This document shows, piece by piece, positions 25,451 through 34,519 of a DNA stretch of 64,000 bases. The position numbers were made by a program, and so were the translations under genes. Under the pieces are notes generated by a model. The model saw only the letters and a list, made by a program, of their open reading frames with translations, ran no database searches and was not told where the DNA came from. Source of the DNA: Scyliorhinus canicula (Eukaryota); contig NC_052152.1 of assembly GCF_902713615.1 (NCBI RefSeq), positions 65,568,818-65,632,817 of the forward strand, given 5' to 3'. The first letter of the stretch is position 1. Each line of letters starts with the position of its first letter.

Positions 25451-25952
25451 TAGACCACATCTGCTCACATGGTCAGATGATGAGATAACAATAACCAAAT
25501 CTGGACTAGCCACCGATGATTGAGCAATTAAAGTCTGGGATGATTAGTCAACTAGTTAGCCTGCCTGTTGTAAGGTTGCTTCACACTAAGGGTTTTATAA
25601 AGGGCTGACCCTCGGGATAACAGCTGATACAGAGTGCAACCAAACCCACTACTCAAATCATCTTTTCTGGATGAACAAAAAGCACCAAGGAATCAATACC
25701 TCTCAAAGTGATGCCAAAAGTACCCAATCCCCCAACCCAGTTCAGACACCGAAGGAACAAGTAAAGAAATAGCAGCAACCTCCAGTGCAAAGAGGAGGGC
25801 GATATGTGGGAGGTACTTCTCATACTACTCCAATGTTAGAATGCTCCACTTTATTTCGCTAGCTGTCCACAATAATATCTGGTACATTCATTCAAGTTTT
25901 TATAATGTAACCTTTCGACCTTACCATTGCAGCAATTTTCACAATTGCACAC

Positions 25953-26960
25953 CATAAGACGTAGAAGCAGAATTAGGCCACTTGGCCCAATGAATCTGCT
26001 CCGCCATTCAATCATGGCTGATATTTTTCTCATTCCCATTCTCCTGCCTTCTCCCCATAACCCCTGATCCCATTATTAATCAAGAATCTATCTATCTCTG
26101 TCCGAAAGACACTCAGTGACTTGGCCTCCACAACCTTCTGCGGCAAAGAGTTCCACAGATTCACCACCCTCTGGCTGAAAACATTCCTCCTCATTTCTGT
26201 TTTAAAGCCATGATGTAGAGATGCCGGTGTTGGACTGGGGTGAGCCAGTAAGAAATCTTACAACACCAGGTTAAAGACCAACAAGTTTGTTTCGAATCAC
26301 TATCTTTCGGAGCACTGCTTCTTCCTTAGGTGAACCATTCAGGTTCGCAGTATCCTGTAAGTTTCAATAAGATCCCCCCTCATCCTTCTAAACTCCAACG
26401 AGTACAGACCCAGAGTCCTCAACCGTTCCTCATATGACAAGCTGTTCATTCCAGAGATCATTCTTGTGACCTCCTGTGGACCTTTTCCAAGGCCAACACA
26501 TCTTTCCTTAGATATGGAGCCCAAAACGTCTCAGAAAACTCCAAATGGGGTCTGACCAGAGCCTTATAGAGCCTCAGAAGTACATACCTGGTCTTCTATT
26601 CTAGCCATCTTGACATGAATGCTAACATTGCATTTGCCTTCCTAACTGCTGACTGAACCTGCACGTTAACCTTAAGGGAATCATGAACAAGGACTCCCAA
26701 GTCCCTTTGTGCATCTGATTTCCTAAGCATTTCCCCATTTAGAAAATAATCTATGCCTAAATTCCTCCTTCCAAAGTGCATAACCTCACATTTTTCGACA
26801 TTGTATTTCATCTGCCACTTCATTCCCACTCTCCTAGCCTGTCCAAATCCTTCTGCAGCCCCCTTGCTTCCACAATACGACTACAGATTTTTGTATCATC
26901 TGCAAACGTAGCAACAGTGCATCCAGTTCCTTCTTCCAGATCATTAATATACATTGTGAA
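25953..26960 (-). mobile_element. CR1 LINE 3' portion
   Basis: ORFs 26596-26829 WQMKYNVEKCEVMHFG...QRDLGV and 26339-26524 SYEERLRTLGLYSLEFRRMRGDLIETY. Confidence 0.9.
26208..26334 (-). mobile_element. Penelope-like terminal fragment (degenerate hammerhead) inserted in CR1
   Basis: caacaccaggttaaag(a/t)ccaaca...tttcggagcactgct..ttcct(t/c)aggtgaa is shared with 33187-33259. Confidence 0.75.
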
Positions 26961-27154
26961 ATTTCATTTGAGATTTCTTTTCTGTAAGCATTTTGATACA
27001 TTGCCGGATTTTACTGACCGGAGCAATGTTTTCTCCAAATCTTTTCCTTTTTCTTAATCATTTCATAGATCACTACTAGGACCCAGAGTTCTATGAGCAC
27101 ATTATGTGTTAAATTTTTGAACAAGTGAAAAATGTAGAAGCGAAGGATTCTCAC

Positions 27155-27230
27155 CATCTCTAACAGCAACCAGCAGTACAAGGGTAAACAGTTTCATTTG
27201 CAGACCGTCACCCGGCACCAGGCTTTTCAT
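27155..27230 (-). CDS. CD200: Signal-peptide (first coding) exon of the CD200-like gene
   Basis: ATG at 27230 gives MKSLVPGDGLQMKLFTLVLLVAVRD-G with a phase-1 donor GATG|GTGAGA at 27154; in frame with the IgV exon (...VAVRDG/KPLDV). A second ATG at 27197 gives a classic MKLFTLVLLVAVRDG leader. Linkage across 24.3 kb is inferred from phase and strand. Confidence 0.72.
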
Positions 27231-27350
27231 GGAGCAGCAGCAGGAAGAAGTGTTTAAAATGGTCGGAAGTTTGAGACAGGAAAGACCTTGCTCAATACAA
27301 CAGTTTTGTGAAACTCATTAAAAGGGTGGTGCTTGTGCACATGTGCACTG
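27231..27350 (-). promoter_or_regulatory. Putative 5'UTR/promoter of CD200-like gene with clustered ETS-type GGAA motifs and a 14-bp palindrome
   Basis: On + strand caggaagaagtg (27241), tcggaagtt (~27263), acaggaaag (~27276) and the perfect palindrome gtgcacatgtgcac (27335-27348) lie directly upstream of the ATG in non-repeat DNA. Function is inferred. Confidence 0.35.
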
Positions 27351-27529
27351 CTCACTATATTCTAATTACCACTTACTACTGGAGTAAATAGCGCCATCGT
27401 GTGTTTAGTTCTTCACAACCAATATTTAATCAAAGGTTTGTACAAGGGTGGGCTGATAAGCTGAGGCAATGTTCCCGAGCTGGGTATAGGCAGTTTTAGT
27501 GATGGCACGAACATATAGTTTAAAGCTCA

Positions 27530-27700
27530 ACTCATTTGTTCACTGTTGCTGAGTGTAAATCCTGGAACTACCTTCCTAGCAGCACTGTGGGTATACCTAT
27601 ACCAAATGAACTGCAGCGATTCAAGAAGGCAGCTCACCACCACCTTGGCAAGGGAAATTGGGGATGGGCTATGAATGAGAAACTCCGGTGGGAATTTGAC
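27530..27700 (+). mobile_element. CR1/L2-group LINE 3' tail fragment
   Basis: gcagcgattcaagaaggcagctcaccaccaccttggcaaggg, as at ~15750. Confidence 0.75.
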
Positions 27701-27989
27701 TCCAGAAAATATCAACAAGATGTACTATTAGCTGCAAAAACCTAATTATTTGGGTTGTATGACATTCTCATCATTTACATTCACAATTTATGTACCTCCA
27801 CGCTTGTTTTATCAATGAACAGTATAGTAATTCATTAGTGCACAGGGAATGTAACCATTGTCAAATGCGGCACTACTAGCAGACAGTCCTCTGCTGGGAC
27901 ACATGTGAAAGCTGGTGCTCCCTGCCACCTGAAGCTACAGAGGAAGGTGCCCAGAAGGAAAACATCACAGTTCTGCTGAGAATGGAATC

Positions 27990-28500
27990 TAGGCAATCTT
28001 CAAGTGTTATACCGGCAGAATCCGTAAGGAAAAGGAGACGTCGACCTGAATCACCCACCTGCCATTTCTGGCTGAAGATATTTGCAAATATTTTAGTCTT
28101 GTCTTTTACATTGATGTGTTGAGGATTAGGACATTTGTGGAGCATCCTTCTCCATTTAGTTATTCAATTGCTCATCGTCAATCATGACTGGATATGGCAG
28201 GTTTGAAGAGCTTAGATTTGGGGAATTCTTTGCACTTTGGCATGCACGTAGTCCAGCGCTGTAGCTTCTTCAGTGCTGTCAGTTGGCATCTCATTTTAAG
28301 ATATGCCTGCTGTTGCTCTGGCATGTCCTCCTGCACTTCTCATTGAATCTGATTTGATTCCCTGCCTTGATGGTAATGGTGAGGGATGCATGAGGTTATG
28401 TATTGTCGTTAAATACAATTCTGCACCTGCATCTCAGTCTGTCCAGAGCAAAGGAATCCACAATGCCTCCCTGCAAAATCATGTCCAATATCATCAATCC
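27990..28500 (-). mobile_element. CR1/L2-group LINE internal fragment
   Basis: KTKIFANIFSQKWQV matches the segment at ~13950 (KAEAFTLIFSQK). Confidence 0.65.
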
Positions 28501-28532
28501 TTTTGGAAACCCATTTGGGTCAATGCAAAGCA

Positions 28533-28818
28533 ATTAATAATAATATTCTTTATTAGTGTCACAAGTAGGCTTACAGTAACACTGCAAAGAAGTTACTGTG
28601 AAAATCCTCTAGTCGCCACACTCTGGCGCCTGAGGGAGAATTCAGAATGTCCAATTCACCTAACAAGCACGTATTTCGGGACTTGTGGGAGGAAACCGGA
28701 GCACCCAGAGGAAACCCACACAGACATGGGGAGAATGTGCAGCCTCCGCACAGACAGTGACCCAAGCTGGGAATCGAACCTGGAACCCTGGCGCTGTGAA
28801 GCAACAGTGCTAACCACT
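28533..28818 (-). mobile_element. V-SINE with family-2-type tail and (ATT)n end
   Basis: V-domain plus ctccctcaggcgccagagtgtggcgactagaggattttcacagtaac tail; flanking aattaataa repeat. Confidence 0.85.
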
Positions 28819-29266
28819 TAATTAATAAACATTCTTGTATGTAGGAATGGAAGATAACTCATGGTCACCTGCATTGCTAATCTTAGACCCTTTCTTCAAG
28901 TTACAACATCACAGCAGTAAGCACAATCATGAAATTCAACTCTTGTTTTTGAACAAGGCTGACGCCTTCAAATCGAAACTCCAAGGAAGGCATTGAACAA
29001 GAGAAAATATAATTTATTAGATGCATGCAATCAAGTTTTCATGAAATGTGTATCCTTTTCTTTTTGTTAATTTCTTTTTAAATTATTTTGAACATTTCAA
29101 ATTTAATGAATGAAATGCTCTAAGATAGATTTTGAACACTTTGAGGAAAAGGTCATACAGTGTCACCTGATGGTATTACAGTTGCTACAGTCAGTGTTGT
29201 TTAACACGAGCACGTACTGTGAGGATGCCACCAAGTGGTGTCTCAGGACAGTGCTGTCATATACAT

Positions 29267-29547
29267 TGTGGCGAATGTATAAGCACCTATTACTTCACCA
29301 GTATACTGTGTTGCATTATGCCATGCCATTAACCCTGTGGGCTCCATCTATGGGCCACTGTATGGCTTCACCCACAGGGGGAGATGTGGAGCATGTACGG
29401 GCTCCGCCCCTTATAGGAAGTATAAGAGCAGCAGACCTGCGGGACCGCCTTCAGTAATGTACCAGTTGCAAGTGGGCAAAGTTGTAAGCTGATTAAAACC
29501 ACTGTTTACTTCGACTCGAGTCTCCGAGTGAATTGATGGTCGCACCA
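29267..29547 (+). mobile_element. Solo LTR, Gypsy family A
   Basis: tgtggcgaatg...gatggtcgcacca; perfect 5-bp TSD tacat; contains gtataag and taagctgattaaa. Confidence 0.9.
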
Positions 29548-29935
29548 TACATCAAAGCAGCACTTTAGTGGGGTACAGCAATCGGGAACTAATTGAGTGA
29601 TTCTATGAAAGAGCCAGCAATGTCATGGTGGGCATGGCTTCCTTCCATGTTGCAACATTAGAATTATAGAATAAGGAAAATCATTAGGTAGATTACATTT
29701 TAAATGGGGAGAGACTGAAAATAGCCGCATACAGAGATGTTCCTTGTTCACGCATAACAGACTGTTAACATGCTGGTGCAGCAAGCAATTGGGAAAGGTA
29801 TGTCCATTGTTTATGACAAATGGAATAGAGTAAAAGAATAAAGAAGTCTTCCTGCAATTATATAAGACCTTGGTGGGGGCAGAACTACACATAAAGTATT
29901 CCATGCTGCATTGGTTTCTATATCTAAGAAATAAT

Positions 29936-30677
29936 GGGCGGGATTCTCCGACACCCCCCCCCCCCCCCCCCCCCCGGCCGGGTCGGAGAATTGCCGGGGG
30001 GCGGCGTCAATCCCGCCCCGCAGCTCTGATGCCAGCTGCCGAATTCTCCGGCGCCAGTTTTTTGGCGGGGGCGGGGATCGCGCTGTGCCGGTCGGGGGCC
30101 ATTGGGGTGTTCCCCTAACCTCCCTGGCGATTCTCCGGGCCCTGATGGACCGAGCAGCCACCCGTTTTCGGCCGGTCCCGCCGGTGTGAAATGGACAAGG
30201 TCCAGACCGGCGGGACCTGGCATTGAGGGCGGCCTGCGGAGTCCTCGGCGGGGCGCGGGGAGATCCGGCCCCCGGGGGGGGGGGGGGGGGAGCCTACGGT
30301 GGCCTGGCCCGTGATTGGGGCCCACCGATCTGCGGGCGGGCCTGTGCCGTGGGGGCACTCTTTCCCTCCGCGCCGGCCTGTGTAAAGCTCTCCGATGGCC
30401 GGTGCGGAGAGGATACCCCCGCTCATGTGCAGGGATCACGCCAGCGGTTCTGCGCATGCGTCAGAACACGCTGGCACTCCTGCGCATGCGCCAACTCGCG
30501 CCAGCCGTCGCACGCCATTCGGCGGCGGTTGGCATGGTGCCAATCACTTCAACGCCGGCCTAGCCCCCGGAAGTGCGGAGGATTCCGCAACTTCCAGGCG
30601 GCCTGAAGCCGGAGTGGTTCAAGCCACTCTTTGGCACTGGTGTGGTCCGCCCCACCAGTTGGGGGAGAATCCCGGCT
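29936..30677. mobile_element. Harbinger-type MITE
   Basis: TIR gggcgggattctcc / ggagaatcccggct; TSD aat; long C and G homopolymers inside. Confidence 0.88.
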
Positions 30678-30779
30678 AATATACTTGCCTTAGACGGAGT
30701 GAAATGAAGATTTAATAGACTGAGTTCTGGGATAGGAGGATTGTCCTATGAGGAGAGATTGAGTAGACTATGACCATAA

Positions 30780-30914
30780 TAAATAAAAGAAAATTACTGC
30801 AGATGCTGGAATCTGAAACGAAAGGGAAAATGCTGGAAAATCTCAGCAAGTCTGGCAGCATTTGTAGGGAGAGAAAAGAGCTAACGTTTCGAGTCCGATG
30901 ACTCTGTCAAAGCT
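30780..30914 (-). mobile_element. Second Penelope-like terminal fragment with variant hammerhead-like motif
   Basis: Reverse complement agct-TTGACA-gagtc-atcg-gactc-GAAAC-GTT-agct; related flanking sequence in opposite orientation at ~55700-55790. Confidence 0.55.
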
Positions 30915-31396
30915 ACATCTCCGACAATCTCCATCTCCGACAAGGGAAGATCTAACCATCGCCGCTTGACATTCAAAGGCATTACCATCGCTGAATCCCC
31001 CACAATCAACATCCTGAGGGGTCACCATTCATCAGAAACTGAACTGGACTAGCCATATTAATACTGTGGCTATCAGAGCTGGTCAAAGGCTAGGAAACCT
31101 ACGGTGAGTAACTCACCTCCTGACCCCCCCAAAGCCTGCCCACTATCTACAAGGCACAAGGCAGGAATGTAATGGAATACTCTCCACTTGCCTGGATGAT
31201 TGCAGCTCCAACAACACTCAAGAGGCTCGACACCATCCAGGTCAAAGCAGCCCGCTTGATTGCTACCCTTCCACAAACATTCTATTCCTCCACCATCGAT
31301 GAACAGTGGCAGCCGTGGTTACCATCTAGAAGACGCACTGCAGGAACTCGCAAGGTTCTTTCGGCAGTACCTTCCAAACCTTCGACCATTACCATC

Positions 31397-32739
31397 GGGC
31401 GGCACGGTGGTGTGGTGGTTAGCACTGCTGCCTCACATCTACAGGATCCCGGGTTCAATTCCAGCTTCGGGTGACTGTCTGTGTGGAACAAAAAAGAACA
31501 AAGAAAAGTACAGCACAGGAACAGTCCCTTGGGCCCTCCAAGCCCATGCCGACCATGCTGCCCGACTAAACTAAAATCTTCTACACTTCCTGGGTCCATA
31601 CCCCTCTATTCCCATCCTATTCATGTACTTGTCAAGATGCCTCTTAAATGTCACTACCGTCTCTGCTTCCACCCCTCCTCTGGCAGCGAGTTCCAGGCAC
31701 CCACTACCCTCTGTGTAAAAAAACTTGCCTCGTACATCTCCTCTAAACCTTGCCCCTCGTACCTTAAACCTATGCCCCCTAGTAATTGACCCCTCTACTC
31801 TGGGGAAAAGCCTCTGACGATCCACTCTGTCTATGTCCCTCATAATTTTGTAGACCTCTATCAGGTCACCCCTCAACCTCCGTCGTTCCAGTGAGAACAA
31901 ACCGAGTTTACTCAACCGCTCCTCATAACTAATGCCCTCCATACCAGGCAACATCCTGGTAAATCTCTTCTTCACCCTCTCTAAATTCTCCACATCCTTC
32001 TGGTAGTGTGGCGACCAGAATTGAACACTATATTCTAAGTGTGGCCCAACTAAGGTCTGTACAGCTGCAGCATGACTTGCCAATTCTTATATTCAATGCC
32101 CCGGCCAATGAAGGCAAGCATGCAGTATGCCTTCTTGACTACCTTCTCCACCTGTGTTGCCCCTTTCAGTGACCTGTGGACCTGTACACCTAGATCTCTC
32201 TGACTTTCAATACTCTTTAGAGTTCTACCATTCACTATATATTACCTACCTGCATTAGACCTTCCAAAATGCATTACCTCACATTTGTCCGGATTAAACT
32301 CCATCTGCCATCTCTTGCCCAAGTCTCCAAACAATCTAAATCCTACTGTATCCTCTGACAGTCCTCATCGCTATCCACAATTCCACCAACCTTTGTGTGA
32401 CCTGCAAACTTACTAATCAGACCAGTTACATTTTCCTCCAAATCATTTATATATACTACGAACAGCAAAGGTCCCAGCACTGATCCCTGCGGAGTTTGTA
32501 CTTTCTCCCCGTGTCTGTGTTGCTTTCCTCTGGGTGCCCCGGTTTCCTCCCACAATCCAAAGGTGTGCGGGTTAGATGGATTGACCATGCTAAATTGCCC
32601 CTTAATGTCCAAAAGGTTAGGTGGGGTTAATGGGTTACGGGGTTAGGCCAGAGGCATGGGCTTGTGTGGGGTGCTCGTTCCAAGGGCTGGTGCAGACTCA
32701 ATGGGCTGAATGGCCTCCTTCTGCACTGTAAATTCTATC
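31397..32739 (+). mobile_element. HE1-like V-SINE split in two (31397-31487 and 32488-32739)
   Basis: Halves join as gactgtctgtgtgga / tgcggagtttgtac. Confidence 0.85.
31488..32487 (-). mobile_element. CR1 LINE 3' 1 kb
   Basis: GSVLGPLLFVVYINDL, QRDLGVQVH, PHLEYSVQFWSPHY, RRRLRGDLIEVYK. Confidence 0.92.
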
Positions 32740-33184
32740 CAGAAGGACAAGAGCAGCAGATACCTGGGAACCCCACCACCTGGAGGTTCCCCTCCTGGTC
32801 GCTCACCATCACCACTTGGAAATATATCACCTTTCCTTCACTGTCGCTGGGCCAAAATCCTGAAACTCTCTTCCTAACAGTACTGTGGTGTACCTACACC
32901 TCAGGGTCTGCAGCGGTTCAAGAAGGCAACTCACCACCACTTCCTGAAGGTCCACTAGGATTGGGCAATAAATGCTGCCCAACCAGCGACTCCCGTAAAA
33001 ATGAATTTAAAAAAGAAACTAGGCATATATTCTCTAGATTCTAGAAAATGAGAGGTTGTCTCATTAAAACAAAGACATTTATGAAGCGGTTTGACAAGAT
33101 AGGTGCTGGGAGGATGATTCCCCTTGCTGTCGAACCTAGGACTAAGCATCACAGACTCAGAACAATGAGTTGACCATTTAGTCT

Positions 33185-33655
33185 TGCAACACCAGGTTAA
33201 AGTCCAACATGTTTGTTTCAAATACTAGCTTTCGGAGCACTGCTCCTTCCTCAGGTGAATGAAGAGGTATGTTCCATAAACATATATATAGACAAATTCA
33301 AAGATGCCAGACAATGCTTAGAATGCGAGCATTTGCAGGTAATTGAATATTTACAGATGCAGAGATAGGGGTAACCCCGGGTTAAAGAGGTGTGAATTGT
33401 CTCAAGCTAGGACAGTTGGTAGAATTTCGCAAGCCCAGGCCAAATGGTGGGGGATGAATGTAATGTGACATGAATCCCAGGTCCCGGTTGAGGCCGCACT
33501 CATGTGTGTGGAACTTGGCTATAAGTTTCTGCTTGGCAATTCTGCGTTGTCGCGCGTCCTGAAGGTCGCCTTGGAGAACGCTTACCCGGAGATCAGAGGC
33601 TCAATGCCCTTGACTGCTGAAGTGTTCCCTGACTGGAAGGAAACATTCCGCACAC
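33185..33655 (-). mobile_element. Penelope-like element 3' end (GIY-YIG endonuclease C-terminus plus terminal repeat)
   Basis: Minus translation PVREHFSSQGH*ASDLRVSVLQ...AKQKLIAKFHTHECGLNRDLGFMSHY matches the PLE endonuclease end. Confidence 0.85.
33222..33259 (-). ncRNA. Minimal type I hammerhead ribozyme motif (PLE-associated)
   Basis: UUCAC-CUGAGGA-A-GGAGC(AGU)GCUCC-GAAA-GC-UA-GU: catalytic core intact, 5-bp stem II, palindromic AGCU stem III; stem I weakened. Confidence 0.7.
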
Positions 33656-33689
33656 ATGTGCACGTTGCTTTTATGTGCATAATTACACA

Positions 33690-34085
33690 ATTTGCTGATT
33701 AGCTTGATAATTGTGCTACCTCTGGATAATTTGAGAAATAATCTACCACTACCAAATATTCCTTACCATCAAGATAGAATAACTCTATCCCAAACGTTTG
33801 CCAAGGAACTGACACAATTTCACCTATTTTCATCGGTTCCTTTGCTTGTCGATATTGATATCATTAACAAGTGATACACTTTTCCACCATGTTCTGTATC
33901 TCTTTGTTTATTCCCAGCCAATATACAGTATCTTATGCTCTTTGCTTGCATTTCTTGATTCCACGGTGGCCCTCATGAATCTTTTGTAGTATTGTCTTGT
34001 GCAGAGACTGTGGAATTACGATTCTCTCTTGCCTCAATAACAAACTCTGAGTGTATGTGATGATACTTAGAACATGAAGCTTTCA
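33690..34085 (-). mobile_element. Old Ty3/Gypsy integrase remnant
   Basis: IVIPQSL...IHEGHRGIKKCKQRA*DTVYW.GINKEI..MVEKCITC...PW...YLVVVDYFSNYPEV: HHCC zinc finger and first catalytic Asp, with stops. Confidence 0.85.
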
Positions 34086-34086
34086 G

Positions 34087-34484
34087 GGGTGGCATGGTGG
34101 TGCAGTGGGTAGCACTGCTGCCTACAGCACTGAGGACCCGGGTTTGTCCCGGCCCTGGGTTACTGTCTGCATCGAGTTTGCATATTCTTCCCATGTCTGC
34201 GTGGGTTTCACCCCCACAACCCAAAGTTGTGCAAGTTATAATAACCTTTTATTGTCACAAGTATGAAGTTACTGTGAAAAGCCCCTAGTGGCCACATTCT
34301 GGCGCCTGTTCGGGTAAGCTGGTACGGTTATTTAACCCGTGCTGCTGGCCATGCTCTGCATCACAAACCAGCTGTATAGCTCACTGAACTAAACAAGCCT
34401 TTGTTAGGTGGATTGGCCATGCTAAATTGCCCCTTCATTGGGAAAAAAAAATAATTGGGTACTCTAAATTTATTTGAAAAAAAA
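34087..34484 (+). mobile_element. Short V-SINE with a nested family-2 SINE (34239-34401, minus)
   Basis: 19-bp TSD tagaacatgaa(g/c)ctttcag at 34068-34086 and 34485-34503. Confidence 0.88.
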
Positions 34485-34519
34485 TAGAACATGAACCTTT
34501 CAGCCATCCACTGTTGAGA

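Larger units (their letters stand above)
30915..33010 (+). mobile_element. CR1/L2-group LINE 3' end interrupted by a V-SINE (31397-32739) that is itself interrupted by a CR1 (31488-32487)
   Basis: LINE continues accattaccatc|...|cagaaggacaagagcagcagatacc and ends aatgaatttaaaaaa; homologous to 15100-15865. Confidence 0.85.

Noticed and set aside
29955-29975. Long C/G homopolymers (also ~17640, 30281, 40590-40630, 63410, 63718) as G-quadruplex signals
   Set aside because: Most are recurrent internal features of the MITE/Harbinger families and are prone to sequencing length error; no independent functional evidence.
29811-30679. Cluster of 70-177 aa ORFs (also 39305-40931, 51646-52379 and 53635-54384)
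   Set aside because: All lie inside GC-rich MITEs bounded by TIRs; stop-codon scarcity explains them.
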